A DNA stretch of 64,000 nucleotides from Escherichia phage ECO4, in sequence record NC_054911.1. One strand, 5' to 3'. A program made the position numbers and the translations under genes. Shown piece after piece: positions 13,361-22,339 of this stretch (position 1 is its first letter; every line of letters starts with the position of its first letter). A model generated the notes under the pieces. That model was not told the DNA's origin, did no database searches, and saw only the letters and a program-made list of their open reading frames with translations.

Positions 13361-14779
13361 TTATGGATAAGTATAGATGATACCAGTTTCTAAAGCAGTT
13401 TTATGGATGATGTATCCATTACGTGATTCTTGAACATCAACTTCTGGATAATCTTTCATCATCTTCTGAAGCGTATAACGATGCAAGTAGTACTTACTAT
13501 CTGGATCTTCAGTTTTCCAATCTTTACCTTCTTCAGTCATTTTTTGGATTTCATCCATAACCCACCAACCGCACCAGATATAAGCTGAAGTACGATGTGG
13601 AAGAGGATGAACATAAGGCAATTCACCTTCTGGTTCCGGAGCAACTTTATCAGTTACCTGAACTTGACCTGTTGTTTTAACTGTTTTGCTATCATAGTCA
13701 GTTGCTGTAACGACAGCAGTAACTTCAATAGTTTGACTTCCAACAGATGAGGTATCAACAGTATATACGTTAGTTGACCCTTCTACAGGAGAAGAATCTT
13801 TCTTCCATGAGTAAGTAATTTGTGCTTCTTCTGGAGCATCCGTAACATTAGCAGTAAATGTAGCCGAAGCATCTTGCTGAACGTTAATAGAAGGAGGAGT
13901 CAATGTAACCTGTGGATTCATTGTCTTCTTATTAACTGTCAATGATACTTCATTAGAAGTAACTTCCTTTTCATTGTAATTTTCTGCTGTTACTTGGGCT
14001 ACGCATTTAATTCTTTTTACTCCACTTGTAGTTGGAGTATAGCTAAATGTAGAGCTAGTTTCTCCACCAACTTGTGAATCATCTACATACCACTGATACG
14101 TAGCAGATGCTCCATCAGGTTGAGAAGCTAAGGCAGCAGTAAATTGAACTGGGGTTCCAATTACTCCAGCTGAAGGACTAGCAGGAGTTACTGCCAATGT
14201 AGTTGTCTGTGTCTTTTTATTAACAGTCAGTGATACTTCATTAGAAGTAACGGTTTTTTCATCATAATTTGTCGCGGTTACTTGAGCTACACACTTGATT
14301 TTTTTAACTCCGCTTGCGGCAGGAGTGTAATTGAATGTAGCAGAAGTCGCTTCGTCTACAGGAGAACTGTCAACGTACCATTGATACGTAGCAGATGCAC
14401 CTGATGGCTGCGAAGCTAAAGCAGCGGTAAATTTAACAGCTGTTCCAATTACTCCTGCTGGAGGACTATTGGGAGTTACGGCTAAGGTAGTCGTCTGAGT
14501 TTTGTTTTTGACTGTGATAGTTGTAGTAGCTTCTGCTGTTTCAGCTTCAGATTCTGGAACTGTATTTGTTGCAACAACTTTAATAGTCTTTTGACCAGCA
14601 GGACCTTTTAATACATAATCAAAAGTTGCTTCAGACCCATCTTGTGGAGCATTATCTACACTCCAAGCATAAGTAATAGTTCCACCTCCAGTTTCACCAC
14701 TAGGTGCAGCAGTAAACTGCTTGGTTTCATCAATAACTCCTGACGGTGTTTTAGGAGTTATATCAACTGTAAAAGCCAT
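13361..14779 (-). CDS. hoc: Hoc outer capsid decoration protein, four Ig-like domains plus C-terminal capsid-binding domain
   Basis: 472 aa; conserved C-terminus (YIWCGWWVMDEIQ...); four roughly 95-aa Ig-like units, two of them near-identical. Confidence 0.9.
   Translation of the reverse strand: MAFTVDITPKTPSGVIDETKQFTAAPSGETGGGTITYAWSVDNAPQDGSEATFDYVLKGPAGQKTIKVVATNTVPESEAETAEATTTITVKNKTQTTTLAVTPNSPPAGVIGTAVKFTAALASQPSGASATYQWYVDSSPVDEATSATFNYTPAASGVKKIKCVAQVTATNYDEKTVTSNEVSLTVNKKTQTTTLAVTPASPSAGVIGTPVQFTAALASQPDGASATYQWYVDDSQVGGETSSTFSYTPTTSGVKRIKCVAQVTAENYNEKEVTSNEVSLTVNKKTMNPQVTLTPPSINVQQDASATFTANVTDAPEEAQITYSWKKDSSPVEGSTNVYTVDTSSVGSQTIEVTAVVTATDYDSKTVKTTGQVQVTDKVAPEPEGELPYVHPLPHRTSAYIWCGWWVMDEIQKMTEEGKDWKTEDPDSKYYLHRYTLQKMMKDYPEVDVQESRNGYIIHKTALETGIIYTYP
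13928..14509 (-). repeat. tandem direct repeat of about 291 bp x 2 inside hoc (approximate ends)
   Basis: Two adjacent, diverged copies encoding KKTQTTTLAVTP...YQWYVD...EVSLTVN. Confidence 0.8.
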
Positions 14780-14788
14780 AAGTTATCC

Positions 14789-15469
14789 TTATTTTAATGT
14801 TACGAAAGAAGAATTGCGTGTTTCACGAATTAAAACTGATCCGTCGCGATTAATGTAATAAATTAAGCTAAACAAAGTTTGGTGTGCTGACGCGTGTTCA
14901 AAACTAGTTGGGTGAGATTTCCAATCCGGAGTTTCAGCAATCCACTGGTAAATCCACCAAGGAACGGTACAGAATCCTGGATTTTTTCCAATCAACTGAA
15001 GATTCGGACTAAAGTTTTCCGGAAGAGTAAATACAGACGGCTTTTCAGATTCAATAATCTCAGCTACAGCCTGTTCGAATTTTTCTTCAACAAAAGGAGT
15101 ATCTTCAATTAAAACAGTAGTATTTTCAGGAATTTTATCCGTTTCTACTACTTCAATTTTAATGTCAGATTTAACCGGAGAATCAATCAGAAGTGCTGCC
15201 TCTGGATTGACTTCTTCATCGTCATATTTTAATCCGTCTGCGGCATCAGCAGCATCAATTAAGTCTTTAATAGATAACCCATCAGTCTCTGGCATAGGTT
15301 CACTAGCGAGCTTCTGGAGAGCTTCTTCAATATCATTAACGATATTATCAAAAGATTTATTCTTTTTGACCTTTATACCAAACTGTTCAGCGTATTCAGC
15401 TAATTTAGCTTTAGCTTCTTTATTATCATCAAGAGCCTTCAGCTCTGCAATATAATCTTTATCTATCAT
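14789..15469 (-). CDS. inh: Inh, inhibitor of prohead protease (hoc.1 position)
   Basis: 226 aa as in T4 Inh; adjacent to hoc. Confidence 0.7.
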   Translation of the reverse strand: MIDKDYIAELKALDDNKEAKAKLAEYAEQFGIKVKKNKSFDNIVNDIEEALQKLASEPMPETDGLSIKDLIDAADAADGLKYDDEEVNPEAALLIDSPVKSDIKIEVVETDKIPENTTVLIEDTPFVEEKFEQAVAEIIESEKPSVFTLPENFSPNLQLIGKNPGFCTVPWWIYQWIAETPDWKSHPTSFEHASAHQTLFSLIYYINRDGSVLIRETRNSSFVTLK

Positions 15470-15482
15470 AATATTTCCTCAG

Positions 15483-15490
15483 TATAAATA
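15483..15490 (+). promoter_or_regulatory. late promoter TATAAATA upstream of endonuclease gene
   Basis: Exact TATAAATA 29 nt upstream of 15519. Confidence 0.5.
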
Positions 15491-15518
15491 TAGATATATT
15501 TATTACTCGGAAAATAGT

Positions 15519-16136
15519 ATGTACCACTTTGTATATGAAACAACAAATCTAATAAATGGTAAAAAGTATATAGGAAAACACTCTACTGATGACTTGAATG
15601 ATGGTTACCTTGGTTCCGGTAAGGCAATTCAGCAGGCTATAAAGAAATATGGTGAAAACAATTTCTCTAGAACAATACTAAAAGAGTTTAAAACTTCCGA
15701 AGAAGCGTACATGTATGAAGAAGAAATTATAACTCCTGAAATAATAAAAAGCAAAAATTATTATAATATGAAACCTGGTGGAATTGGTGGAATTGTTATG
15801 ACTACAGAGGTTATAGCAAAGATGAAAGAATCTTCCGCTAAGAGATTTGAAAACTCACCGGGCACGGTATTAGGTACAACTTGTTACACTAATGGAACTA
15901 AAAATATTTTTATTAAACCTGGAGAACTTGTTCCAGAAGGATTTGTAAAAGGGATGGTTCATCCTAATAGAAAGTCCAGAAAAGGATGTAAAGTCAAACC
16001 AACTACCACAGGAACTTTTTGGGTCAATAATGGTGCAATAAATAAATTAATACAACCAGACGGTATTATTCCCGACGGATTTATTAAAGGTCGTCTCATG
16101 AAAAGAGATTCTAAAGGCAAATTTAGTAAGGCATAA
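15519..16136 (+). CDS. segE: GIY-YIG homing endonuclease (SegE-like)
   Basis: 205 aa; N-terminal GIY-YIG module (KYIGKH...YLGSG); sits between inh and uvsW where T4 carries segE. Confidence 0.75.
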   Translation: MYHFVYETTNLINGKKYIGKHSTDDLNDGYLGSGKAIQQAIKKYGENNFSRTILKEFKTSEEAYMYEEEIITPEIIKSKNYYNMKPGGIGGIVMTTEVIAKMKESSAKRFENSPGTVLGTTCYTNGTKNIFIKPGELVPEGFVKGMVHPNRKSRKGCKVKPTTTGTFWVNNGAINKLIQPDGIIPDGFIKGRLMKRDSKGKFSKA

Positions 16137-16138
16137 TT

Positions 16139-17647
16139 ATGGATATTAAAGTACATTTTCACGACTTCAGCCATGTACGCATCGATTGTGAAGAGAGCAC
16201 GTTCCACGAATTAAGAGATTTCTTTTCGTTTGAGGCCGATGGATATAGGTTTAATCCTCGCTTCAGATATGGCAACTGGGATGGACGAATCCGTCTTTTA
16301 GATTATAATCGTCTTCTTCCATTCGGCTTAGTCGGGCAAATTAAAAAGTTCTGTGATAACTTTGGCTATAAAGCCTGGATTGACCCACAAATTAACGAAA
16401 AAGAAGAATTATCAAGAAAAGATTTTGATGAATGGCTTTCTAAATTAGAAATCTATTCAGGAAATAAAAGAATTGAACCACACTGGTATCAAAAAGATGC
16501 AGTGTTCGAAGGATTAGTTAATCGTCGTAGAATTCTTAATCTTCCAACATCTGCAGGTAAATCTTTAATTCAGGCTCTGCTTGCGCGATATTATTTGGAA
16601 AATTATGAAGGTAAAATTCTTATCATTGTTCCAACAACTGCTCTGACAACTCAGATGGCTGATGACTTTGTTGATTATCGTTTATTCAGTCACGCAATGA
16701 TAAAGAAAATTGGTGGCGGAGCATCAAAAGATGATAAATATAAAAATGATGCACCAGTCGTTGTTGGTACATGGCAAACTGTAGTAAAACAACCAAAAGA
16801 ATGGTTCTCACAGTTTGGAATGATGATGAATGATGAATGTCATCTTGCTACAGGAAAAAGTATTTCATCTATCATATCAGGTTTAAATAACTGCATGTTC
16901 AAATTTGGTCTATCTGGTTCATTACGTGACGGCAAAGCCAATATCATGCAGTATGTTGGAATGTTTGGCGAAATATTTAAGCCAGTAACGACTTCTAAGT
17001 TAATGGAAGATGGGCAAGTAACTGAGCTAAAAATTAATAGTATTTTTCTTCGTTATCCTGATGAGTTCACTACTAAATTAAAGGGAAAAACTTACCAAGA
17101 AGAAATAAAAATTATTACTGGGCTCAGTAAAAGAAATAAATGGATAGCTAAATTAGCTATTAAGCTTGCGCAAAAAGATGAAAACGCTTTTGTCATGTTT
17201 AAACATGTATCACATGGTAAAGCTATTTTCGATTTAATTAAAAATGAATACGATAAAGTTTATTACGTATCAGGGGAAGTTGATACCGAAACCCGCAATA
17301 TAATGAAAACCTTAGCTGAAAATGGCAAAGGAATAATTATAGTAGCTAGTTATGGTGTATTTTCTACTGGTATTTCAGTTAAAAATCTGCATCACGTTGT
17401 TTTAGCGCACGGTGTTAAATCAAAAATCATTGTATTACAAACAATCGGTCGTGTATTACGTAAGCATGGTTCTAAGACAATAGCAACAGTCTGGGACCTC
17501 ATAGATGACTGTGGTGTTAAGCCAAAATCTGCTAATACGAAAAAGAAATATGTTCATTTGAACTATCTTTTAAAACACGGCATTGATCGTATTCAGCGCT
17601 ACGCAGATGAAAAATTCAATTACGTAATGAAAACAGTTAATTTATAA
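16139..17647 (+). CDS. uvsW: UvsW recombination/repair helicase
   Basis: 502 aa; Walker A (SAGKS) and DECH box; position. Confidence 0.9.
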   Translation: MDIKVHFHDFSHVRIDCEESTFHELRDFFSFEADGYRFNPRFRYGNWDGRIRLLDYNRLLPFGLVGQIKKFCDNFGYKAWIDPQINEKEELSRKDFDEWLSKLEIYSGNKRIEPHWYQKDAVFEGLVNRRRILNLPTSAGKSLIQALLARYYLENYEGKILIIVPTTALTTQMADDFVDYRLFSHAMIKKIGGGASKDDKYKNDAPVVVGTWQTVVKQPKEWFSQFGMMMNDECHLATGKSISSIISGLNNCMFKFGLSGSLRDGKANIMQYVGMFGEIFKPVTTSKLMEDGQVTELKINSIFLRYPDEFTTKLKGKTYQEEIKIITGLSKRNKWIAKLAIKLAQKDENAFVMFKHVSHGKAIFDLIKNEYDKVYYVSGEVDTETRNIMKTLAENGKGIIIVASYGVFSTGISVKNLHHVVLAHGVKSKIIVLQTIGRVLRKHGSKTIATVWDLIDDCGVKPKSANTKKKYVHLNYLLKHGIDRIQRYADEKFNYVMKTVNL

Positions 17648-17660
17648 GGGCTTCGGCCCT

Positions 17661-17906
17661 TTGGAGAAAAAGATGTTACTAGAATTTAAACAATTTCTTT
17701 ATGAAGCTTCTATTGATGAATTTATGGGTAAAATTGCCTCTTGTCAAACATTAGAAGGTTTAGAAGAACTTGAAGCTTATTATAAGAAAAGAGTCAAAGA
17801 AACTGAATTAAAAGACACTGATGACATCTCTGTGAGAGATGCTTTAGCAGGAAAAAGAGCTGAATTAGAAGATTCAGACGATGATGAAGTAGAAGAAAGC
17901 TTTTAA
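17661..17906 (+). CDS. uvsW.1: UvsW.1 small acidic protein
   Basis: 81-aa ORF directly after uvsW with its own RBS. Confidence 0.7.
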   Translation: MEKKMLLEFKQFLYEASIDEFMGKIASCQTLEGLEELEAYYKKRVKETELKDTDDISVRDALAGKRAELEDSDDDEVEESF

Positions 17907-17961
17907 ATTAAAAAAGGCCCAACCGAAAAGGAAGGGCCAAAACTATAGACTAAAGGTCACA

Positions 17962-18129
17962 CTATAGCAAAAGTTGTGTTTCATTTAATTGTTCTTCCGA
18001 ACTTTCTGAAACTGGTAGTTCTTTAATGTAATTATAGCAAGGCCCAGGATGTACAGGACCTTTGTCTGTTTCAACAACCAATGCAGAATCGATTGGAGTT
18101 TTACAGACAACACAAATCTTATCTGACAT
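17962..18129 (-). CDS. 55-aa small protein with CxxC...C motif (not in ORF track)
   Basis: ATG at 18129..18127 preceded by AGGAGA RBS; translation MSDKICVVCKTPIDSALVVETDKGPVHPGPCYNYIK...; fills the gap after the next ORF. Confidence 0.5.
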   Translation of the reverse strand: MSDKICVVCKTPIDSALVVETDKGPVHPGPCYNYIKELPVSESSEEQLNETQLLL

Positions 18130-18157
18130 GATTGTCTCCTCTGAATTATATATCTAT

Positions 18158-18382
18158 TTATACAACTCTCATATGCATATCAATGCCCATATCTTTAGAA
18201 TAAAAATATTCATCAAGATATCCGGCAAATTTTCCTTTAACATAAAGGACATCTTCACCGCATGGATGGTCGGCCAGGATACGAATATCCTGACGCTTAA
18301 GATTATGCTTTTTCATTAAGAATTGAATCTCAGTTTCAAATTCTTCTTCATAATTAAAAGCATCATCAATGTTATATCTCAT
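18158..18382 (-). CDS. hypothetical protein downstream of uvsY (uvsY.-1 position)
   Basis: 74-aa ORF abutting uvsY stop. Confidence 0.6.
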   Translation of the reverse strand: MRYNIDDAFNYEEEFETEIQFLMKKHNLKRQDIRILADHPCGEDVLYVKGKFAGYLDEYFYSKDMGIDMHMRVV

Positions 18383-18795
18383 TATTTTCCAGCCTCAAAT
18401 GCCCGCATGTCTTGAATATGCTTAATAGCAAATCCGCGTGATTTGATAGCATCAAGAGCTCCGCTACAGAAATCTAATAAAATTCCCCAATATTGTAATG
18501 AAGTATCAACCTTTAAAACATCCTTATCAGCTGATAGAACTGTTTTCATTTCTGATTTCTCGTAACGATCCATACTAAATTCATCACCATCTCCTCGTCC
18601 CGAGTAGTAGTCTAATTTAGCTTTAAGAGCAACTTTTTTCTGTGCTTCAATTCTAAGCATTTCCTTTTTAATACTTGAATGCTTATTAAGCCATTTACTA
18701 TATAACATCACATTATTAGCTGCTTCATACTGTAATTTAGTCGAATCTATAAACACATCTTTCTTCAATTCTTCTTGAAGATCTTCTAATCTCAT
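18382..18795 (-). CDS. uvsY: UvsY recombination mediator
   Basis: 137 aa as in T4 UvsY; position. Confidence 0.85.
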   Translation of the reverse strand: MRLEDLQEELKKDVFIDSTKLQYEAANNVMLYSKWLNKHSSIKKEMLRIEAQKKVALKAKLDYYSGRGDGDEFSMDRYEKSEMKTVLSADKDVLKVDTSLQYWGILLDFCSGALDAIKSRGFAIKHIQDMRAFEAGK

Positions 18796-18835
18796 ATTGT
18801 TCTCTATTCAATTGTTATTGGATGGACTTAGATTC

Positions 18836-18863
18836 ATTATACCACGTTTTAACGTGAAGCATT
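18836..18863 (-). promoter_or_regulatory. MotA-type middle promoter for uvsY
   Basis: Minus strand reads AATGCTTCA (MotA box) - 13 nt palindromic spacer CGTTAAAACGTGG - TATAAT. Confidence 0.5.
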
Positions 18864-19260
18864 ATACCCTATTACTGGAAGCCAGTTGCAGTTTTATCTG
18901 CTCAATATCATCAGGATTATCGATGACTGAAAAGCGTATTTCTACTATCAAAGTATAATCATCATAAACCGGTATTACATTAACTGCTAATTTATCAATA
19001 CGTGGCTCATAGTTTCTTACTGCGCTTTCGATATTACGCTCAACCGTGTCAGCAGTAAGAGGAGTCATATTCTCAAAAAGTTGGTCAGATAAATCGCATC
19101 CAAATTCAGGGTCAAACGGTCTTGAACCTTTTCTTGTTGTAATAATTCCTAAAAGACTATTTTTAATTGACCTTAATCCAAGTGATCTTGAAACGTCTTT
19201 GTTCCAATCCATTTTCATCTCTGGGTCAATATCAGAATAAAGCTTATTAATATTTGCCAT
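18862..19260 (-). CDS. 25: baseplate wedge protein gp25
   Basis: 132 aa as in T4 gp25; position. Confidence 0.85.
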   Translation of the reverse strand: MANINKLYSDIDPEMKMDWNKDVSRSLGLRSIKNSLLGIITTRKGSRPFDPEFGCDLSDQLFENMTPLTADTVERNIESAVRNYEPRIDKLAVNVIPVYDDYTLIVEIRFSVIDNPDDIEQIKLQLASSNRV

Positions 19261-19886
19261 TACAATAGCTCAAAGAATTCTTTGAGTCCTCTTATTACAT
19301 GAGCGTGGGTTTTTCCACACTCTGGACATTTAATTGGAACAGCCAAATAAACAGTAGGCTTTAAAAGCATATCTTTTATAGCTACAATATCTGACTCTGT
19401 GATGATAGAATATAAATCTTCCAATTCTTTTTCATTTAAGTCTTCAACTGGAATGCTTTCACCGTTAGCATGAATCGTTTCTATACATGATACTATCATG
19501 TGGGCTATATTTTTATCATCAAAAATTTTAGGGTAATGGAATTTAATTTTAATGTCACCCAGTGTATACCAGAGGTCTTCTGGTGCATCTATTTGTGTAT
19601 GTAATAGATTTATATGGGTTGGTATTTCAGTTCCACAGGTGCACTTCCAGGAGTTTTCGTGATTAACTTCTCCAAGAGAATGCGCCCATAAATGAATCAG
19701 TAATAGTTCTGATTCTTGGCGGTTTAAATCTTTTGCATTTGTGCAGTCTTTGATTAGCTTTTTAACAATTACTTCTACGGAACCATTATTTTTGGCAGTA
19801 ATAAGTTCTAGATATTCTTTAAGAGTAAATGCACGACAGTTGATTATTTTAGAACCAACTCTCACGTCAAATTTGTATTCATACAT
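19260..19886 (-). CDS. 26: baseplate hub protein gp26
   Basis: 208 aa as in T4 gp26; position. Confidence 0.8.
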   Translation of the reverse strand: MYEYKFDVRVGSKIINCRAFTLKEYLELITAKNNGSVEVIVKKLIKDCTNAKDLNRQESELLLIHLWAHSLGEVNHENSWKCTCGTEIPTHINLLHTQIDAPEDLWYTLGDIKIKFHYPKIFDDKNIAHMIVSCIETIHANGESIPVEDLNEKELEDLYSIITESDIVAIKDMLLKPTVYLAVPIKCPECGKTHAHVIRGLKEFFELL

Positions 19887-19907
19887 ATTTAGCTCCTTTA
19901 TTTATCA

Positions 19908-19919
19908 TATTTATAAATA
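19908..19919. promoter_or_regulatory. overlapping divergent late promoters (TATTTATAAATA) for genes 26 and 51
   Basis: TATAAATA on plus at 19912..19919 and on minus at 19908..19915. Confidence 0.55.
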
Positions 19920-19936
19920 GAATAAAAGGAGCATCT

Positions 19937-20686
19937 ATGGCAAACATTATTCGTTGTAAATTACCTGATGGTGTTCATCGTTTTAAACCATTTACGGTAG
20001 AAGATTATCGAGATTTTTTGTTAGTTCGAAACGATATAGAACATCGGTCATCACAAGAACAAAAAGAAGTAATTGCTGATTTAATTGCTGATTATTTTGG
20101 AGACTATCCAAAGACTTGGCAACCATTTATATTTTTGCAGGTATTTGTAGGTTCAATAGGTAAAACTAAAGTACCAGTCACATTCATATGTCCAAAATGT
20201 AAAAAAGAAAAGACAGTTCCATTTGAAATATATCAAAAAGAATTAAAGGAACCTATTTTTGATGTAGCTAATGTTAAAATTAAATTAAATTTTCCTTCTG
20301 AGTTTTATGAAAATAAAGCAAAGATGATTACTGAAAATATTCATTCTGTTCAAGTAGATGAAATGTGGTATGATTGGAAGGAAATTAGTGAATCAAGTCA
20401 AATAGAACTTGTTGACGCCATCGAGATAGAAACATTAGAAAAAATTCTCGATGCAATGAATCCTATTAATTTAACATTGCACATGTCGTGTTGTGATAAG
20501 TACATTAAAAAATACACTGATATAGTAGATGTGTTTAAGCTATTAGTTAATCCAGATGAGATATTTACTTTTTATCAAATTAATCACACGCTTGTAAAAA
20601 GTAATTATAGCTTAAATTCAATAATGAAAATGATTCCTGCCGAGCGCGGATTCGTATTAAAACTGATTGAGAAGGATAAACAATAA
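19937..20686 (+). CDS. 51: baseplate hub assembly protein gp51
   Basis: 249 aa as in T4 gp51; AAAGGAG RBS. Confidence 0.8.
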   Translation: MANIIRCKLPDGVHRFKPFTVEDYRDFLLVRNDIEHRSSQEQKEVIADLIADYFGDYPKTWQPFIFLQVFVGSIGKTKVPVTFICPKCKKEKTVPFEIYQKELKEPIFDVANVKIKLNFPSEFYENKAKMITENIHSVQVDEMWYDWKEISESSQIELVDAIEIETLEKILDAMNPINLTLHMSCCDKYIKKYTDIVDVFKLLVNPDEIFTFYQINHTLVKSNYSLNSIMKMIPAERGFVLKLIEKDKQ

Positions 20687-21858
20687 TGAGTATGTTGCAA
20701 CGCCCCGGATATCCAAATCTCAGCGTTAAATTATTTGAGAGTTATGACGCTTGGAGTAATAATAGATTTGTTGAATTAGCTGCTACTATTACCACATTAA
20801 CTATGCGTGACTCTCTTTATGGTCGAAATGAAGGAATGCTACAATTTTATGATTCTAAAAACATTCATACAAAAATGGATGGAAATGAAATAATTCAGAT
20901 TTCTGTAGCTAATGCAAACGATATTAATAATGTTAAAACACGAATTTATGGATGCAAGCATTTTTCCGTGTCAGTAGATTCAAAAGGCGATAACATCATT
21001 GCTATTGAATTGGGAACTATTCATTCTATAGAAAATCTTAAATTTGGTAGACCATTTTTCCCTGATGCCGGGGAATCTATAAAGGAAATGCTTGGTGTCA
21101 TTTATCAAGACCGCACATTATTAACTCCAGCAATAAATGCTATAAATGCTTATGTTCCTGATATTCCATGGACTAGCACATTTGAAAACTATTTGTCATA
21201 TGTAAGAGAAGTTGCTCTAGCGGTAGGAAGCGATAAGTTCGTATTTGTATGGCAAGACATCATGGGAGTTAACATGATGGACTATGATATGATGATAAAT
21301 CAAGAACCATATCCAATGATTGTGGGTGAGCCAACTTTAATAGGTCAATTCGTCCAAGAATTGAAATATCCATTAGCATATGATTTTGTTTGGTTGACTA
21401 AATCAAACCCGCATAAACGTGATCCAATGAAAAATGCTACTATCTATGCTCATTCATTTTTAGATTCTTCATTACCAATGATTACTACAGGAAAGGGTGA
21501 AAACTCTATTGTAGTGTCAAGGTCAGGTGCTTATTCTGAAATGACTTATAGAAATGGATATGAAGAAGCTATTCGTCTTCAGACTATGGCGCAGTATGAT
21601 GGTTACGCTAAATGTTCTACTGTCGGTAATTTTAACTTGACTCCTGGCGTTAAAATTATTTTTAATGATAGTAAAAACCAATTTAAAACAGAATTTTACG
21701 TTGATGAAGTTATTCACGAATTATCAAATAATAATTCCGTAACTCATCTTTATATGTTCACTAATGCAACGAAACTGGAAACAATTGACCCAGTTAAGGT
21801 TAAAAATGAATTTAAAACTGATACTACCACTGAAGAAAGTAGTTCTTCCGATAAGTAA
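20686..21858 (+). CDS. 27: baseplate hub protein gp27
   Basis: 390 aa; position. Confidence 0.85.
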   Translation: MSMLQRPGYPNLSVKLFESYDAWSNNRFVELAATITTLTMRDSLYGRNEGMLQFYDSKNIHTKMDGNEIIQISVANANDINNVKTRIYGCKHFSVSVDSKGDNIIAIELGTIHSIENLKFGRPFFPDAGESIKEMLGVIYQDRTLLTPAINAINAYVPDIPWTSTFENYLSYVREVALAVGSDKFVFVWQDIMGVNMMDYDMMINQEPYPMIVGEPTLIGQFVQELKYPLAYDFVWLTKSNPHKRDPMKNATIYAHSFLDSSLPMITTGKGENSIVVSRSGAYSEMTYRNGYEEAIRLQTMAQYDGYAKCSTVGNFNLTPGVKIIFNDSKNQFKTEFYVDEVIHELSNNNSVTHLYMFTNATKLETIDPVKVKNEFKTDTTTEESSSSDK

Positions 21859-22339
21859 TAAAGAAGTTTCTATTCCTAAGATGGGTCTTAAACATTATAA
21901 CATTTTAAAAGATGTTAAAGGTCCTGATGAAAATTTAAAGCTTCTTATTGATTCTATTTGTCCAAATTTATCACCGGCAGAAGTTGATTTCGTTTCTATT
22001 CATTTGCTAGAATTTAATGGAAAGATTAAATCTCGTAAAGAAATAGATGGTTATACTTATGATATTAATGACGTTTATGTATGTCAAAGATTGGAATTTC
22101 AATACCAAGGAAATACATTTTATTTTAGACCTCCTGGAAAATTTGAACAATTTTTAACTGTAAGCGATATGTTATCCAAATGCTTGCTTAAGGTCAATGA
22201 TGAAGTTAAAGAAATTAATTTTCTTGAGATGCCAGCATTTGTTTTAAAATGGGCAAATGATATTTCTACAACTTTAGCAATTCCTGGCCCTAATGGTCCA
22301 ATAACCGGAATTGGCAATATTATTGGATTATTTGAATGA
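21806..22339 (+). CDS. 28: baseplate hub distal protein gp28
   Basis: 177 aa from internal ATG 21806, overlapping gene 27 end; ORF track start at 21764 is probably too far upstream. Confidence 0.65.
   Translation: MNLKLILPLKKVVLPISNKEVSIPKMGLKHYNILKDVKGPDENLKLLIDSICPNLSPAEVDFVSIHLLEFNGKIKSRKEIDGYTYDINDVYVCQRLEFQYQGNTFYFRPPGKFEQFLTVSDMLSKCLLKVNDEVKEINFLEMPAFVLKWANDISTTLAIPGPNGPITGIGNIIGLFE

Noticed and set aside
18062-18319. 85-aa plus-strand ORF in the uvsW.1-uvsY gap
   Set aside because: Spans an intergenic region and the antisense of the 74-aa minus-strand gene; a better RBS-preceded minus-strand ORF (17962..18129) explains the gap.
21764-21805. Upstream extension of gene 28 as given in the ORF track (191 aa)
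   Set aside because: The extension lies wholly inside gene 27; the internal ATG at 21806 gives a 177-aa product of the expected size.
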